A DNA stretch of 64,000 nucleotides from Micavibrio sp. GTDB lineage: Bacteria > Pseudomonadota > Alphaproteobacteria > Micavibrionales > UBA9664. Shown one piece after another: positions 30,371-39,393 of this stretch; within the stretch, counting starts at the first letter, position 1, and each line of letters starts with the position of its first letter. A program made the position numbers and the translations under genes. Location: NCBI GenBank assembly GCA_002699085.1, contig PAAR01000009.1, positions 7,725-71,724 on the forward strand, in the 5' to 3' direction. The notes beneath the pieces are model-generated. The model worked only from the letters and a program-made list of their open reading frames with translations, was not told the DNA's origin and searched no databases.

Positions 30371-31122
30371 TTATCTATCAAAACAAAGACTTTAGTGAAA
30401 ATGTGTCTCATGGTTTCTTCGGTAGACAAGGCGGTGTGAGCAGAGGCATTTTTGAAAGTCTTAATGTTGGTCAAGGCTCTATAGATGAAAAAGCCAATGT
30501 TAAAGAGAACCGCTTGATTGTTGCGCAAGCTATAGGCGCTAAAGAGCTAACCTCTTTGTATCAAATTCATAGTGCTGATTGTCTGTATATTAAAGGTGCA
30601 GGCCAAGATCGGCCAAAGGCAGATGCAATGGTTACCGATAAGCCAGATTTAGCACTGACAATCTTAACGGCTGATTGTGCGCCTGTTTTATTTGAAGGTC
30701 AAAAAGCTGATGGTTCAACTGTTATTGGCGCAGCACATGCTGGCTGGGGTGGTGCTTTTAAGGGGGTATTAGACAACACTGTTGCTAAAATGATTGAAAT
30801 TGGCGCAGAGATAGAAACGATTAAGGCCTCAATCGGCCCTTGTATTGGACAAAACTCTTACGAAGTTGGTGATGAGTATTATGATCGTTTTCTTGAGCAA
30901 GATAAAAAAAATGCGATCTATTTTAAAAAAGTGGATAAGTGGCACTTTGATTTACCAAAATATTGTCAGGGGCGTTTAAGTAAAGCAGGTGTAAAAGCTG
31001 TTGATATCAGTGGAATAGATACGTATGAAGAAGACGCTAAATGTTTTAGCTATCGTCGCAAAACACATAAAAATGAAGAAGATTATGGACGGCAAGCGTC
31101 TGTCATTATGATTAAGGCTTGA
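30367..31122 (+). CDS. pgeF: Peptidoglycan editing factor PgeF (YfiH, laccase-domain protein)
   Basis: 251 aa with HGFFGRQGGVS, TADCAPVL and AHAGWGG motifs. Confidence 0.88.
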   Translation: MIIYQNKDFSENVSHGFFGRQGGVSRGIFESLNVGQGSIDEKANVKENRLIVAQAIGAKELTSLYQIHSADCLYIKGAGQDRPKADAMVTDKPDLALTILTADCAPVLFEGQKADGSTVIGAAHAGWGGAFKGVLDNTVAKMIEIGAEIETIKASIGPCIGQNSYEVGDEYYDRFLEQDKKNAIYFKKVDKWHFDLPKYCQGRLSKAGVKAVDISGIDTYEEDAKCFSYRRKTHKNEEDYGRQASVIMIKA

Positions 31123-31182
31123 AATTTAAGCCTGGCAAGTTAAGATCGCCTCATAATTAAATAAATAGTAAGAATACGGCCT

Positions 31183-32130
31183 ATGAAAATCATCACCTGT
31201 AATTCGAACCGTCCTTTGGCCGAAGCAATTTCCGCCTATCTTTCTATCCCTCTATGTAAAGCCAGTGTTCGTCGTTTCTCTGATATGGAAGTTTTCGTAG
31301 AGATTTTAGAAAATATTCGTGGTGAAGATGTTTTTGTTGTTCAATCGACCTCTTATCCAGCCAATGACAATTTAATGGAATTGCTTGTAACGATTGATGC
31401 GTTGAAACGTGCTTCTGCACGCCGTATTACAGCCGTTTTGCCGTATTTTGGTTATGCTAGGCAGGATCGTAAAACAGGCCCTAGAACACCTATCTCAGCT
31501 AAATTGGTCGCTAACCTCATCACATCAGCGGGGGCAAATCGTGTTTTGACGATGGAACTGCACGCTGGTCAGATTCAAGGTTTCTTTGATATTCCACTGG
31601 ATAACCTAATCGTTGCCCCTGTTTTTGTCCCTGACATGGAGACCCGTGTTAAGGCTAAACATAAAGGCAAACAGCTGTGTATGGTGTCGCCTGATGTTGG
31701 TGGTGTTGTTAGAACACGGGCTTTGGCAAAACGTTTAGATGCAGATTTAGCGATTATTGATAAGCGTCGTGAGCAGGCTGGCGTATCAGAAGTCATGAAT
31801 GTTGTGGGTGATGTGAAGGATAAGGTCTGTGTATTGATTGATGACATTGTTGATTCTGGCGGCACACTTTGCAATGCGGCGGCAGCTTTGAAAGAGCAGG
31901 GCGCTGTGGCTGTTTATGCCTATGTTGTACATGGCGTTTTATCAGGCGGTGCTGTTGCACGTGTTAGTGCGTCATCTATTGAAGAGCTTGTTATCACAGA
32001 TTCAATTGCGGCAACGGAAGCGGTGCGTGTTTCTCAAAATATTACGCAATTATCAGTGGCGCCATTTATGGGTGAAACGATCCGCAGAATTGCTGAAGAA
32101 AGATCTGTCTCAGCGCTTTTGAAAGAATAG
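31183..32130 (+). CDS. prs: Ribose-phosphate pyrophosphokinase
   Basis: 315 aa with [10 protein letters not shown] and the PRPP-binding loop DDIVDSGGT. Confidence 0.96.
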   Translation: MKIITCNSNRPLAEAISAYLSIPLCKASVRRFSDMEVFVEILENIRGEDVFVVQSTSYPANDNLMELLVTIDALKRASARRITAVLPYFGYARQDRKTGPRTPISAKLVANLITSAGANRVLTMELHAGQIQGFFDIPLDNLIVAPVFVPDMETRVKAKHKGKQLCMVSPDVGGVVRTRALAKRLDADLAIIDKRREQAGVSEVMNVVGDVKDKVCVLIDDIVDSGGTLCNAAAALKEQGAVAVYAYVVHGVLSGGAVARVSASSIEELVITDSIAATEAVRVSQNITQLSVAPFMGETIRRIAEERSVSALLKE

Positions 32131-32140
32131 TAAAAAATAC

Positions 32141-32169
32141 TTGCAATCATCACGGCTTTAGGGCTATAT
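32141..32169 (+). promoter_or_regulatory. Candidate sigma-70 promoter of rplY-pth-ychF (TTGCAA-17 nt-CTATAT)
   Basis: -35 TTGCAA at 32141-32146, an exact 17-nt spacer, and -10 CTATAT at 32164-32169. Fits the alphaproteobacterial housekeeping consensus CTTGAC-N17-CTATAT. Confidence 0.45.
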
Positions 32170-32237
32170 CTGACACTCTTACGGACACCCCTGGAGGTTC
32201 GTAAGGTTTAACTTAACTTTTAAATTGGAGCTAATCT

Positions 32238-32927
32238 ATGACTGCACATATCGCACTAGACGCTGCCAAGCGCGAAGGGACAGGTAAGGGAATCGCCCGC
32301 GCACTACGCCGTAATGGTAAAGTGCCGGCTGTTATCTATGGTAACAAGGAAACCCCTGTATCAATCAGCTTGGACGCTAATGAAGTAACAAAACAATTAC
32401 ATAAAGGACATTTTTTCACGTCTTTATGTGACATTAAAATTGATAGCAAAAACAATCTTGTGTTGGCACGTGATGTACAATTACACCCAGTAACAGATGT
32501 TGTTGAACATGTTGATTTCCTTCGTGTAACAGAAAAAACACGTATTCCTGTGAACATCGCTGTACATTTCTTAAACGAAGATAAAAGCGAAGGCCTTGAA
32601 GCAGGCGGTGTTTTAAGTGTTGCGCGTTACGAAGTTGAAGTAATGTGTGCGGCTTTAAATATTCCAGAATCTATTGAAATCGACCTTGCAGGTACAAAAA
32701 TTGGCGATGTTATTAAATCAGACGCCGTTAATTTGCCGAAAGGTGTCGAGTTTACAATTTCTGACAGAGATTTCACAATCGCTTCTATTGTTGAGCCTAA
32801 ACAGGCAATCGTTGAAGATGATGAAGATGAAGTTGCGGCGGATGAAGTTGAGGCAACTGAACAATCTGGTGATGAATCTTCAGAAGGATCTTCTGAAGGA
32901 GAATCTGCAGAAAAAACTGAAGAATAA
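32238..32927 (+). CDS. rplY: 50S ribosomal protein L25/general stress protein Ctc
   Basis: 229 aa. GKGIARALRRNGKVPAVIYG is an L25 N-terminus. Long Ctc-type C-domain with an acidic D/E/S tail. Confidence 0.93.
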   Translation: MTAHIALDAAKREGTGKGIARALRRNGKVPAVIYGNKETPVSISLDANEVTKQLHKGHFFTSLCDIKIDSKNNLVLARDVQLHPVTDVVEHVDFLRVTEKTRIPVNIAVHFLNEDKSEGLEAGGVLSVARYEVEVMCAALNIPESIEIDLAGTKIGDVIKSDAVNLPKGVEFTISDRDFTIASIVEPKQAIVEDDEDEVAADEVEATEQSGDESSEGSSEGESAEKTEE

Positions 32928-32968
32928 TAAATATTTAATTGAGGGGCTGGAAAGGCTAAGCTATTCAC

Positions 32969-33580
32969 ATGCTGAACTTTTTTGCCCCTCAATCATCTCA
33001 AGAAATATATCTTATTGTAGGCCTTGGTAATCCAGGCTCAGAATACAAAAATAACAGACATAATATTGGTTTTATGGCGATTGATGAGATCGCTGATCGT
33101 TATTCTATTAACGCATTTAAAAACAAATTTAATGGCCAGCTTGCCCAAGGCATTATTGAAGGTAAAAAAGTTTATTTACTAAAACCTCAAACCTATATGA
33201 ATAAGTCTGGCACATCTGTTCAAGCGGCTGCCAAATTTTATTCTATATCGCCAGAGAATATCTTTGTATTTTATGATGAGCTGGATTTACCTTTTGGTAA
33301 AAGCCGTGTAAAAAAAGGCGGGGGCTCTGGAGGGCATAATGGTATTAAGTCACTTGATGCACATTTGCCCAATAAAGATTATTGGCGTATTCGTTTAGGG
33401 ATTGGGCATCCTGGCGATAAAGCAAAAGTCCATGGTTATGTGCTTAGCGATTTTGCTAAGGCAGAGAAAAAGACTTTGGAAGAATTTATATATGCGGCAG
33501 CTAAATTAACGCCGTATCTAGTACAAGATAAACAAGCTGATTTTGCCACCTATATGGCAGAGCACATGAAAGGATTATAA
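32969..33580 (+). CDS. pth: Peptidyl-tRNA hydrolase
   Basis: 203 aa with LIVGLGNPG...YKNNRHNIGF and the GHNG motif. An 11-aa N-terminal extension precedes the conserved core. Confidence 0.93.
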   Translation: MLNFFAPQSSQEIYLIVGLGNPGSEYKNNRHNIGFMAIDEIADRYSINAFKNKFNGQLAQGIIEGKKVYLLKPQTYMNKSGTSVQAAAKFYSISPENIFVFYDELDLPFGKSRVKKGGGSGGHNGIKSLDAHLPNKDYWRIRLGIGHPGDKAKVHGYVLSDFAKAEKKTLEEFIYAAAKLTPYLVQDKQADFATYMAEHMKGL

Positions 33581-33583
33581 GAG

Positions 33584-34684
33584 ATGGGTTTTAATTGCGG
33601 TATTGTTGGTCTGCCTAATGTAGGTAAATCAACGTTATTTAATGCATTGACAGCAACAGCAGCGGCGCAAGCGGCAAACTTTCCGTTTTGTACGATTGAG
33701 CCAAATATTGGCCGTGTGGCTGTGCCTGATGACCGTCTCAAAAAGATTGCAGAGCTCGGTAAATCTGCCAATATCATCCCAACACAATTAGAGTTTGTCG
33801 ACATTGCTGGGCTTGTTAAAGGTGCTTCAAAAGGTGAGGGCTTAGGTAATCAGTTCCTAGCCAATATCCGTGAAACAGATGCAATTATTCATGTGTTACG
33901 CTGCTTTGAAGATGATGATGTTATCCATGTTAGTGGCTCGGTTGATCCGTTACGTGATGCTGAAATTATTGAGATGGAATTGATTTTGGCGGATATGGAC
34001 TCTGTTGCGAAACATATTGCTAATAACGAACGTAAAGCGAAAAGCCAAGATAAAGATGCCAAAATTTTATTGGCTCTATTAGAGCGCATTAAGGCCGCAC
34101 TTGATGAAGGTAAGCCAGCACGCACTGTAAATGTTGATGAAGATGAGATTAAAGCTTATCAAGGTTTGCATCTTTTGAGTGCTAAGCCAGTTCTGTATGT
34201 GTGTAACGTTAATGAAGATGATGCAGCGTCTGGTAACCAGTGGACAGAAAAGGTTGCTGCAAAGGCAGCGTCGGAAGATGCTGAATACACGATCATTTGT
34301 GCGGCGATTGAAGCCGAGATTTCGCAATTACCCTCAGAAGAAGAGCGTACAGAGTTTTTGGAAACAATTGGTTTGAAAGAACCAGGTTTGAATAAAATTA
34401 TCCGTAAAGGGTATGAGCTATTAAATCTTATGACGTTTTTTACAGTCGGACCAAAAGAGGCTCGTGCTTGGACTGTACGTAAAGGCTCGAAAGCACCGCA
34501 AGCAGCGGGTGCAATTCATACAGATTTTGAAAAAGGCTTTATCCGTGCGGAAACCATGGCTTATGATGATTACGTGAATGCAGGTGGTGAGCAAGCTGCC
34601 AAAGAAGCAGGCAAGGTTCGCCAAGAAGGTAAGGAATACCTCTGTAAAGACGGCGATATCTATCTGTTTAAGTTTAATGTTTAA
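33584..34684 (+). CDS. ychF: Redox-regulated ATPase YchF
   Basis: 366 aa. G1 motif GLPNVGKST, NFPFCTIEPN, and a TGS-like C-terminus ending YLFKFNV. Confidence 0.96.
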   Translation: MGFNCGIVGLPNVGKSTLFNALTATAAAQAANFPFCTIEPNIGRVAVPDDRLKKIAELGKSANIIPTQLEFVDIAGLVKGASKGEGLGNQFLANIRETDAIIHVLRCFEDDDVIHVSGSVDPLRDAEIIEMELILADMDSVAKHIANNERKAKSQDKDAKILLALLERIKAALDEGKPARTVNVDEDEIKAYQGLHLLSAKPVLYVCNVNEDDAASGNQWTEKVAAKAASEDAEYTIICAAIEAEISQLPSEEERTEFLETIGLKEPGLNKIIRKGYELLNLMTFFTVGPKEARAWTVRKGSKAPQAAGAIHTDFEKGFIRAETMAYDDYVNAGGEQAAKEAGKVRQEGKEYLCKDGDIYLFKFNV

Positions 34685-34690
34685 TTATCT

Positions 34691-34742
34691 GTCATCCCCG
34701 CTTTATGCGGGGATCTGGATGCCCGTACAAGACGGGCATGAC
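34691..34742. repeat. REP-like 52-nt double-hairpin element, copy 3
   Basis: gtcat[CCCCGC-tttat-GCGGGG]atctgga[TGCCCGT-acaag-ACGGGCA]tgac. It is 45/52 identical to copy 1 in either orientation. Fills the convergent ychF/ilvE gap. Confidence 0.85.
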
Positions 34743-34750
34743 AATTATTC

Positions 34751-35614
34751 TTAATGCGTTAATTTTGTATATGCTTCTTGTAGTTTTTTTGTAACCTCAC
34801 CAACTTTATAAACTGTGTCGTTAATTCTAGAGACGGGGGTTACTTCTGCGGCAGTGCCTGTGACAAAGACTTCTGTGGCTTTTTCTAAATCTTTTGGTAT
34901 TAAGACGCATTCCTCAACGGCGATATCTAAATCTTTACAAAGTTGAATGACTGTTTGACGGGTAATGCCGTTTAAGAAACAGTCCGCAATAGGTGTTTTT
35001 AGAACACCATCAATCAGTGCAAAAAGATTAGCACCACTGCTTTCGCAGACTTGTCCACGCCAATCAAGGACAAGCGCATCATTATAGCCTTTATCGACCG
35101 CTTCATGCTTGTTCAAAGAATTTGTGACATAGATACCGCCACATTTGGCCTCGAATGGTACACACCCTGGCGGTGGTTTGCGCCATTTTACGGTGACGAG
35201 TGAAATACCTTTTTCAGCAGCATCGCCAAAATAGCTACCCCAATACCAAGCGGCAATAGCAACATGGGGTAGGGCTGCACGAGCATCGACACCCATGGCT
35301 TCTGATCCACGCCAAATGATGGGTCTTAAATAGGCATCAGTGAGATTGTTTTTTTCGCAAACAGCTTGTGCCATATCCATTAATTGATCGACAGAGTAAT
35401 CAATATTCATGTCCAAGGCATTGGCAGAAAAGATAAGACGTTCCATATGCTCACGGTTTTTGAATATCTTACCGTTATACATGCGGATACCTTCAAATAC
35501 AGAGGAGCCGTAATGTAAGCCATGGGTAATGACGTGTAGTTTACATTCTCGCCAATCTTTAAACTCGCCATCTATCCAAATGGTGCCATCTCTATCATCA
35601 AAATATGTGCTCAT
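34751..35614 (-). CDS. ilvE: Branched-chain amino acid aminotransferase (class IV)
   Basis: 287 aa. GLHYGSSVFEGIR, and a C-terminal TGTAAEVTPV motif. Confidence 0.9.
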   Translation of the reverse strand: MSTYFDDRDGTIWIDGEFKDWRECKLHVITHGLHYGSSVFEGIRMYNGKIFKNREHMERLIFSANALDMNIDYSVDQLMDMAQAVCEKNNLTDAYLRPIIWRGSEAMGVDARAALPHVAIAAWYWGSYFGDAAEKGISLVTVKWRKPPPGCVPFEAKCGGIYVTNSLNKHEAVDKGYNDALVLDWRGQVCESSGANLFALIDGVLKTPIADCFLNGITRQTVIQLCKDLDIAVEECVLIPKDLEKATEVFVTGTAAEVTPVSRINDTVYKVGEVTKKLQEAYTKLTH

Positions 35615-35624
35615 AGTGCCTTCC

Positions 35625-36230
35625 TTAATCTTTTAGATAATTATAAACAGTTGCGCGGGAGATAGAGAGTATTTTTGCAATATAATCCGCTGCATTTTTT
35701 TGCTCAAAGGCGCCTTTGAGCTGAAGGTCCTTAACAATTTGCTTTTTGTCTTCTTTGGAGAGGGTTATTAAGGCCTTTTTATTTTGATCTGTATATTCTT
35801 TGACAAAGACATTGATCTGTTCATCTAAGTTACTTTCAAAAATACGACGGTCGGGGGCGGTGATGTTTTCATTTAAGCGCATCATATTTTCAGCGAAATT
35901 GCCTAATAGCTCAAACTGGCTTACATCCATGTTCATACATATCGTACCAAAAGCTTTACCATCATCGTCATATAAGACTGCTGTGGTGCATTTTAGCTTG
36001 CGTCCATCCCAATTGGTTTTTTGGTATGGGCCAATAACGGCGCTTAAGTTATCTATCTCGGCTACTTCAAAATTAGAATCATCACCAATCTTACGATTAG
36101 AAAAATTGTTATAGATTGCCTCAATTGTGTTTGTTTCCAAATTATGAATGACGATTTCAACTAAAGGATTTAGTAGCTTTGCTGCAGCTTCTGCGGTGCT
36201 TTTATATTTTTCAAATTTTTTTGTTGACAT
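35625..36230 (-). CDS. YheO/DauR-like transcriptional regulator (PAS-like N-domain + C-terminal HTH)
   Basis: 201 aa. LNPLVEIVIHNL... YheO-type sensor region and a terminal IAKILSISRATVYNYLK helix-turn-helix. Confidence 0.7.
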   Translation of the reverse strand: MSTKKFEKYKSTAEAAAKLLNPLVEIVIHNLETNTIEAIYNNFSNRKIGDDSNFEVAEIDNLSAVIGPYQKTNWDGRKLKCTTAVLYDDDGKAFGTICMNMDVSQFELLGNFAENMMRLNENITAPDRRIFESNLDEQINVFVKEYTDQNKKALITLSKEDKKQIVKDLQLKGAFEQKNAADYIAKILSISRATVYNYLKD

Positions 36231-36298
36231 TTAGACCTCTTTGTCTTTATTTATACATTATATTCTAAATTTATACAAATTATTTTAAGGAGTTTAAC

Positions 36299-37093
36299 AT
36301 GAAAATTTGGCAAGTCGATAGTTTTTCTAATGAGCCTTTTAAAGGAAATCCGGCAGCCGTAGTACTTCTCGACCGTCAAATAAGCGATGAGCTTATGTTG
36401 AATATTGCCAAAGAAATGAATTTATCTGAGACCGCTTTTATTCTTTTGTCTAAAAATGGTAATCCATTACTTCGGTGGTTTACGCCTATGTTTGAGATAG
36501 ATTTATGTGGCCACGCAACTTTAGCGGCGGCACATATTTATATGACAGAAATAAAAAAAGAAGTTCAGTCAGTAACGTTTGATACAAAATTTGTGGGTGA
36601 GTTAAATGTGCAAAAGGAAGCTGCTTCATATGTTATGAATTTTCCTGTGCGAGAAGGTGCCGCTATAGAGGCAGAATCAATTCCATCTTTTGTTTTTGAG
36701 GCACTGTCTAAAACAAAGCCTAAAGAAATATATAAATCGCGTGATCTGATGCTGGTTTACGACAATGCGCAGATAATTAGAGATATGAAACCCGATTTTA
36801 ATACGCTTATGGCATATAAGGATTTTATTATCGTAACGGCACGTTCTGATGTGCCTGAATATGATTTCGTGTCACGCTTTTTTTGTGCGGATGATGGTAT
36901 TGCGGAAGATCCTGTGACGGGATCAGCGCATTGTACGTTGGCCCCATATTGGGGCAAAAAACTGAATAAAGACCATATGCAAGCCTATCAATGTTCTGAA
37001 CGTGGTGGCGCATTGGATTTAAGAATACAGCAGGATCGTGTTTTGATAAAAGGCTCTGCTGTCACTGTGTTGGAAGGCAGTTTACGTGTGTAA
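36299..37093 (+). CDS. PhzF-family isomerase
   Basis: 264 aa with FKGNPAAVV, LSETAF and DLCGHATLA motifs of PhzF/YddE-type epimerase-fold proteins. Confidence 0.88.
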   Translation: MKIWQVDSFSNEPFKGNPAAVVLLDRQISDELMLNIAKEMNLSETAFILLSKNGNPLLRWFTPMFEIDLCGHATLAAAHIYMTEIKKEVQSVTFDTKFVGELNVQKEAASYVMNFPVREGAAIEAESIPSFVFEALSKTKPKEIYKSRDLMLVYDNAQIIRDMKPDFNTLMAYKDFIIVTARSDVPEYDFVSRFFCADDGIAEDPVTGSAHCTLAPYWGKKLNKDHMQAYQCSERGGALDLRIQQDRVLIKGSAVTVLEGSLRV

Positions 37094-37119
37094 TTTAACA
37101 AAAAAAATAGGAGAAAATA

Positions 37120-37313
37120 TGAACAAGCAAGAAAAAAGACAGGAACAGCGTTTAGCATTTGTTGCAAATAAAATATATGGTAGAGGGTGGCGTAAAGGGC
37201 TTTCAGGAGAGCAAATTACTCAGACTTTATCAATATTGTCTGTTCTTATTGAGAACAGACCAGTGCCAGCAAAAACTGCTGCAGCAGGTTTAGAATTGAA
37301 GCGTTGCGCATAA
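37120..37313 (+). CDS. Small hypothetical protein (64 aa)
   Basis: ATG 37120 is preceded by AGGAG at -11. Basic N-terminus. No family recognised, so coding status is uncertain. Confidence 0.4.
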
Positions 37314-37358
37314 TCAAAAATACTTTGTTTTGGGCGGCATAGTGTTTAAAGTAATGCT

Positions 37359-38063
37359 ATGCCGTATTATGCTGAGAAGCCTCATATACTAGTTATAGAT
37401 GATGATGATCGTATTAGAGATCTATTGCAGCGCTTTTTGGCTAAGCAAGATTATGTGGTTTCATGTGCGGAAAATGCTCAACAGGCCAAAGAAATACTGG
37501 CAGGCTTTGAATATGATCTACTTGTGCTTGATGTGATGATGCCTGGCCAATCTGGCTTTGATTTCTTAGTTGAAATGCGAGAGAAGGGTAGTGATTTGCC
37601 TGTTATTTTACTCACCGCAAAGGGTGAACCTGCTGATCGTATAGAAGGTTTAACAATCGGCGCAGATGATTATTTGGTAAAACCGTTTGAGCCGAAAGAA
37701 TTATTGCTACGTATTCAGGCGATTTTAAAAAGGGCTCATAAATATAAGGCTTCAGCACAAAAGGATGTTCGCATTGGTGATTGGCTCTATGATCGTGAGC
37801 AAGGGGTGTTGCAAAAAGATGATGGGGAAAATGTCGCACTGACCAATAGTGAAAAACAACTATGCGAGATGCTTATTCAAAAAGCCAATAATCCTGTGGC
37901 TCGTTACGATTTGGCTGAAAAACTAGGGCTATTAGAAAATGAACGTAGTATCGACGTGCAAATAACGCGTCTGCGTAAGAAACTCGGCGATGACAGTAAA
38001 GTGCCTCGCTATTTAAAAACCGTTCGTGGACAGGGCTATTTATTAAGGGTTGATGATGTTTAG
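37359..38063 (+). CDS. OmpR-family two-component response regulator
   Basis: 234 aa. Receiver domain (ILVIDDDD, DLLVLDVMMPG, phospho-acceptor Asp) plus a winged-helix C-domain (VRGQGYLL). Confidence 0.92.
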   Translation: MPYYAEKPHILVIDDDDRIRDLLQRFLAKQDYVVSCAENAQQAKEILAGFEYDLLVLDVMMPGQSGFDFLVEMREKGSDLPVILLTAKGEPADRIEGLTIGADDYLVKPFEPKELLLRIQAILKRAHKYKASAQKDVRIGDWLYDREQGVLQKDDGENVALTNSEKQLCEMLIQKANNPVARYDLAEKLGLLENERSIDVQITRLRKKLGDDSKVPRYLKTVRGQGYLLRVDDV

Positions 38064-39393
38064 TTTAAAACCCTTTTTACCTAAAACACTGTTTGGGCGG
38101 TCGTTACTGATTATCGTTATTCCTGCTTTGTTATTGCAACTTATTGCGACATATATTTTCTATGATCGACACTGGGATCGTATGGCCGATCAATTAGCGA
38201 TTGGGCTTGTTGGCGAGATAGAATTTGTTCTTGATAGATTAGACAGCCATCCTCTCTTACTTGAGGAGGATATAAATAGTATCGCTACATTATCAGCGCA
38301 ATATTTTAATATTGTTCTCAGTTTTGATAAGAATAAGAAAACGCTTGATCCGAATAAGCTGGACGGGTGGCGTTCTAAGGTTGCTGTAAAAAGTTTAAAA
38401 AAATATCTTAAAGCTGAATTGGGCAAATCTTTTTCTCTAAAGGCGGCTGAAAATGATAAATGGATTAGTGTGTCCGTTTTAACTGAGCATGGTGTTGTAA
38501 CGTTCACAACAGCACAGCGCCGTGTATTTAATTCATCGTCTTATATTTTTGTATTATGGATGATGGGTGTGTCTATTGCTTTATTCTCCATCGCTATCAT
38601 TTTTATGCGTAATCAAATTAGGCCTATTAGACGGTTGGCTGTTGCGGCTGATTGGTTCGGTAAAGGCCGTGATGTGGCTCGGTTTAAGCCAGAAGGGGCG
38701 TTGGAAGTACGTCAAGCGGGTCACGCATTTTTGACAATGCGTGATCGTATAAAGCGACAGATATCGCAAAGAACAGAGATGCTTGCTGGTGTGTCACATG
38801 ATCTTAGAACACCGCTGACACGTCTTAAATTAGAGCTGGAAATGCTTGATGAAAAACAAGCAGGGCCTATGGCTGCCGATATCCTTGAAATGGAAAAAAT
38901 GATTGAAGGCTATCTTGATTTTGTGCGTACTGAAGGACAAGAAGAAGCCGAGCTTATACAAATAAAAGCTGTTATTGATAAAGTGCTGGCGGATGCAAAA
39001 CGTCAGAATATTGCCATTGATGTTGATTTTGAGGGACACGCAAAAGATACAATGCTTTGGTTGCGTGTAAATGGGCTCGCCCGTGCCTTGATGAATATTA
39101 TTCAAAACGCCAACCATTACGCTAAAAAAATTAAGTTGTCTGCCTATGCGTCTTTAAAAGATAAAGAGTACGTTATTATGGTGGAAGATGATGGGCCTGG
39201 GATCCCTTCGGCGCAAAGAGAGGATGTGTTTCGCCCGTTCTACCGTGTAGATGCCTCTCGTAACAAAAAAACAGGAGGTGTTGGTTTAGGGCTTTCTATT
39301 GCACAAGATGTCGTCCATAGCCATGGCGGTACAATCATTCTTGACGATAGCGCAATGGGTGGGCTTTGCGTTAAAATTATATTACCGCTTTAA
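38050..39393 (+). CDS. EnvZ-like sensor histidine kinase
   Basis: 447 aa. Two TM helices, HAMP, H-box AGVSHDLRTPLT, N-box and a G-box GGVGLGLSI. Overlaps the regulator by 14 nt. Confidence 0.9.
   Translation: MMMFSLKPFLPKTLFGRSLLIIVIPALLLQLIATYIFYDRHWDRMADQLAIGLVGEIEFVLDRLDSHPLLLEEDINSIATLSAQYFNIVLSFDKNKKTLDPNKLDGWRSKVAVKSLKKYLKAELGKSFSLKAAENDKWISVSVLTEHGVVTFTTAQRRVFNSSSYIFVLWMMGVSIALFSIAIIFMRNQIRPIRRLAVAADWFGKGRDVARFKPEGALEVRQAGHAFLTMRDRIKRQISQRTEMLAGVSHDLRTPLTRLKLELEMLDEKQAGPMAADILEMEKMIEGYLDFVRTEGQEEAELIQIKAVIDKVLADAKRQNIAIDVDFEGHAKDTMLWLRVNGLARALMNIIQNANHYAKKIKLSAYASLKDKEYVIMVEDDGPGIPSAQREDVFRPFYRVDASRNKKTGGVGLGLSIAQDVVHSHGGTIILDDSAMGGLCVKIILPL

Noticed and set aside
32627-32992. 121-aa minus-strand ORF, Ser/Asp-rich, antisense to the 3' end of rplY.
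   Set aside because: It is the mirror image of the GAA/GAT-rich acidic tail of L25. It is low-complexity, has no start context, and lies fully inside a confidently called gene.
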